Sequence record: MZ234026.1 | Length of the DNA stretch: 45,144 bases | Source: Escherichia phage vB_EcoS-CHD2B1 | Reading direction: 5' to 3' (one strand) | Shown: piece after piece, positions 43,469 to 45,144 of the stretch | Position numbering within the stretch: position 1 is the stretch's first letter | Layout of the letters: each line of letters starts with the position of its first letter | Program-made: the position numbers and the translations under genes | The notes under the pieces: model-generated | Seen by the model: only the letters and a program-made list of their open reading frames with translations | Databases searched by the model: none | What the model was told of the DNA's origin: nothing

Positions 43469-43589
43469 CGTATTGCCCCTACTGGTTTTCCGATATGGCG
43501 CGCCCAAGCACGCGCCACGAAGTAATTGCAGAATACTCGCCCGCCTATCTCAAAGCGGTTATGCATAAGCATATCACGGATAGTCGCGC

Positions 43590-44222
43590 TCATTTCAGTA
43601 TTACCGAGCGCGGGTCTATAGCGGACATGCTGCCGTCTCGCTCGACACGGATGAATCCTACGCCGTATTCGCGGGCCATGCGCTGCGCATTCGTCACGGC
43701 ATCAACGTGATTAATTATCTCATGCGTGGCCTTGTTAAGTCTGGCCTGCACCTGGCGGGCGTCGTAGGTCGCATACGCTGGCTGGGATTTGCGGAACTCA
43801 ACGCTCATCTTCTGCGCCACCTCACGCGTTACGCGGTTGACGACGTCAGCTATGGCGTTCGCTCGCTCATGTGGCTGGCGGTCACGCTTGCTGTACTTGC
43901 GGCCCACTCGTTCGTAGTGGATTAGCCCGAAGTACGTCATGCCCGTGACCATGTTGCCCGCTACGACATCCTTGCGGGACTTCATACGCAGGCCGTGCCG
44001 ACCCACGTATTCCACGACCCACAATTGCCCGTCGCGAATATCCCGCAGCACATCGCCGCGCTCGATATCGTGTGTGAGGATTTCGTAGTACTCCGGCAGC
44101 TTTGCCTTAGTCGCCCACCAGACTTTATCGCTTGCAACGTGGCGGAGGCGTACCCAGTTCGATAAGGTCTGGATCGGCTTCAGGATATAGCCATCTGATT
44201 TACGGCGGAATAGTAATTTCAT
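43590..44222 (-). CDS. Hypothetical protein (210 aa), paralog of 44219..44563
   Basis: Shares GDVLRD...LW.V and GLIHYERVGRKYSKR-like segments and an identical RBS context (GGAGACTGAG) with the upstream gene. Confidence 0.55.
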   Translation of the reverse strand: MKLLFRRKSDGYILKPIQTLSNWVRLRHVASDKVWWATKAKLPEYYEILTHDIERGDVLRDIRDGQLWVVEYVGRHGLRMKSRKDVVAGNMVTGMTYFGLIHYERVGRKYSKRDRQPHERANAIADVVNRVTREVAQKMSVEFRKSQPAYATYDARQVQARLNKATHEIINHVDAVTNAQRMAREYGVGFIRVERDGSMSAIDPRSVILK

Positions 44223-44563
44223 TTTCTCAGTCTCCAGGTAGCGTTACGGCCTACGCGGGTGTAGTCCACCAGGCCAATAGTGTTAATAGTTTGCTGTTTG
44301 CAATCCGGGCGGGCGAGCAATAACGTGTGCTGCCGTTTATCTTTCACCCAAATACTCGCCACCGTCCATAGCTCACCGGTGTGCTTATCGCGCAGCACAT
44401 CACCACACCGGACGTTATGCTTGAAATAGTCGTATGTGCTCAGCATACCGATCGGCAGCGCCAGCCGGGCGTCACCCCGTCCGAAGATGACGAACGCGCC
44501 GCGAACGTCGATTACATCGTAAGTGGCCCCCGATTGTTCGCGGCGTGCGGTTACTCGAATCAT
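44219..44563 (-). CDS. Hypothetical protein (114 aa), paralog of the N-terminal half of 43590..44222
   Basis: GDVLRDKHTGELWTV / GLVDYTRVGRNATWR aligned with downstream gene. Confidence 0.55.
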   Translation of the reverse strand: MIRVTARREQSGATYDVIDVRGAFVIFGRGDARLALPIGMLSTYDYFKHNVRCGDVLRDKHTGELWTVASIWVKDKRQHTLLLARPDCKQQTINTIGLVDYTRVGRNATWRLRK

Positions 44564-44829
44564 TTGCTCAGTCTCCAGTGTTTGCCTACCCGCTCAACGG
44601 CGGGCTTCCGGCGTAATGTAATACGTATTCCCATTTGTTGCAAGGAAGTCCGCACATAGAATCCATGTTGTGCTGCGAACTGGTGCAAGTAGCGAGTCTG
44701 CGTAAGTGGCTTCACATCGTCGCGATAGCACCAGTACACGGAATCGCCCTCAATCGCGTTCTTAGCCCATATTCGTATGCAATGCAGGGGAATATGCCAA
44801 GAAAGCTGATTAGCTCGTCTACGGCCCAT
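44560..44829 (-). CDS. Hypothetical protein (89 aa)
   Basis: ATG with AAGGGG RBS; ATGA overlap with next gene. Confidence 0.5.
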   Translation of the reverse strand: MGRRRANQLSWHIPLHCIRIWAKNAIEGDSVYWCYRDDVKPLTQTRYLHQFAAQHGFYVRTSLQQMGIRITLRRKPAVERVGKHWRLSK

Positions 44830-44838
44830 TTTGGCCCC

Positions 44839-45144
44839 TTATTTCGCAAGCTGGGCGAATAGTTCGCGCTGTGCTTTAATCCGGGCGACGTTTGTCACTG
44901 CCTTATCGCCAATACCGAAGCGATAGGCCAGGCGCTCACGGGAGAATGCCAGCGCGTATTCATGGATAGCCTTACGCAGCGGACCCAGGTCATCCATGCT
45001 GGCGTCCATATCGTCGAGCGCACTCATGATGTGTTGGTGTGCCCGTGCCGCAAACTGGCGCGCATAGTCTACGTTGCCGTTTGTGTTTTTTGCTTCGTCC
45101 AGCTTCGCTATGGCCCGTGAGTATTTCCAGATTAATGCTTTCAT
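44839..45144 (-). CDS. Hypothetical protein (101 aa); its start codon is the last 3 nt of the window and is duplicated at 135..137
   Basis: ORF with GAGGA RBS visible at 138..160 when the overlap is circularised. Confidence 0.5.
   Translation of the reverse strand: MKALIWKYSRAIAKLDEAKNTNGNVDYARQFAARAHQHIMSALDDMDASMDDLGPLRKAIHEYALAFSRERLAYRFGIGDKAVTNVARIKAQRELFAQLAK

Noticed and set aside
1-45144. tRNA genes, integrase, CI-like repressor
   Set aside because: None recognised by eye: no tyrosine or serine recombinase motifs in any ORF, and no obvious tRNA-like sequences. A tRNAscan-SE run would be needed to exclude tRNAs definitively.

Overview
This window appears to be a complete ~45.0 kb genome of a virulent-looking tailed dsDNA phage with a lambda-like tail gene set; the first 137 bp are identical to the last 137 bp (1..137 = 45008..45144), so the unique unit is ~45,007 bp. 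All calls rest on reading the sequence and the ORF track; no database search or folding was run. Layout: (i) a minus-strand primase/helicase and an HTH protein (608..3212); (ii) a divergent control region with sigma70-like promoters (3213..3614); (iii) a long plus-strand early/replication block (3615..16239) carrying an acidic repeat protein, a DUF2800/Cas4-like nuclease, an SSB with a long charged repeat tail, a family A DNA polymerase, a VRR-NUC nuclease, an SNF2-like helicase, a C5-cytosine-like and a Dam-like methyltransferase, a HAD phosphatase and several unknowns; (iv) a minus-strand late block (45144 down to 16266) with hypothetical genes, holins/endolysin, a metallophosphoesterase, terminase small/large, portal, head morphogenesis, spanins, scaffold, major capsid, connector proteins, major tail, G/GT chaperone with a -1 frameshift, tape measure, M/L/K/I/J-like tail tip proteins and a tail fiber. 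Two plus-strand islands interrupt the late block, each with its own promoter and bracketed by near-identical hairpin terminators: a lipoprotein plus a 321-aa protein (18389..19578), and a 254-aa unknown (34461..35225). The most unusual non-coding signal is a ~170 bp element with hairpins and GTCCCGC/GCGGGAC iterons present in two direct copies 28 kb apart (340..513 and 28536..28850, the second inserted between the GT chaperone and the tape measure gene), plus a recurring intergenic 9-10-mer TTGGTTGCA(A)/TGCAACCAA embedded in promoter-like regions. No integrase, CI-like repressor, tRNA or CRISPR array was recognised.
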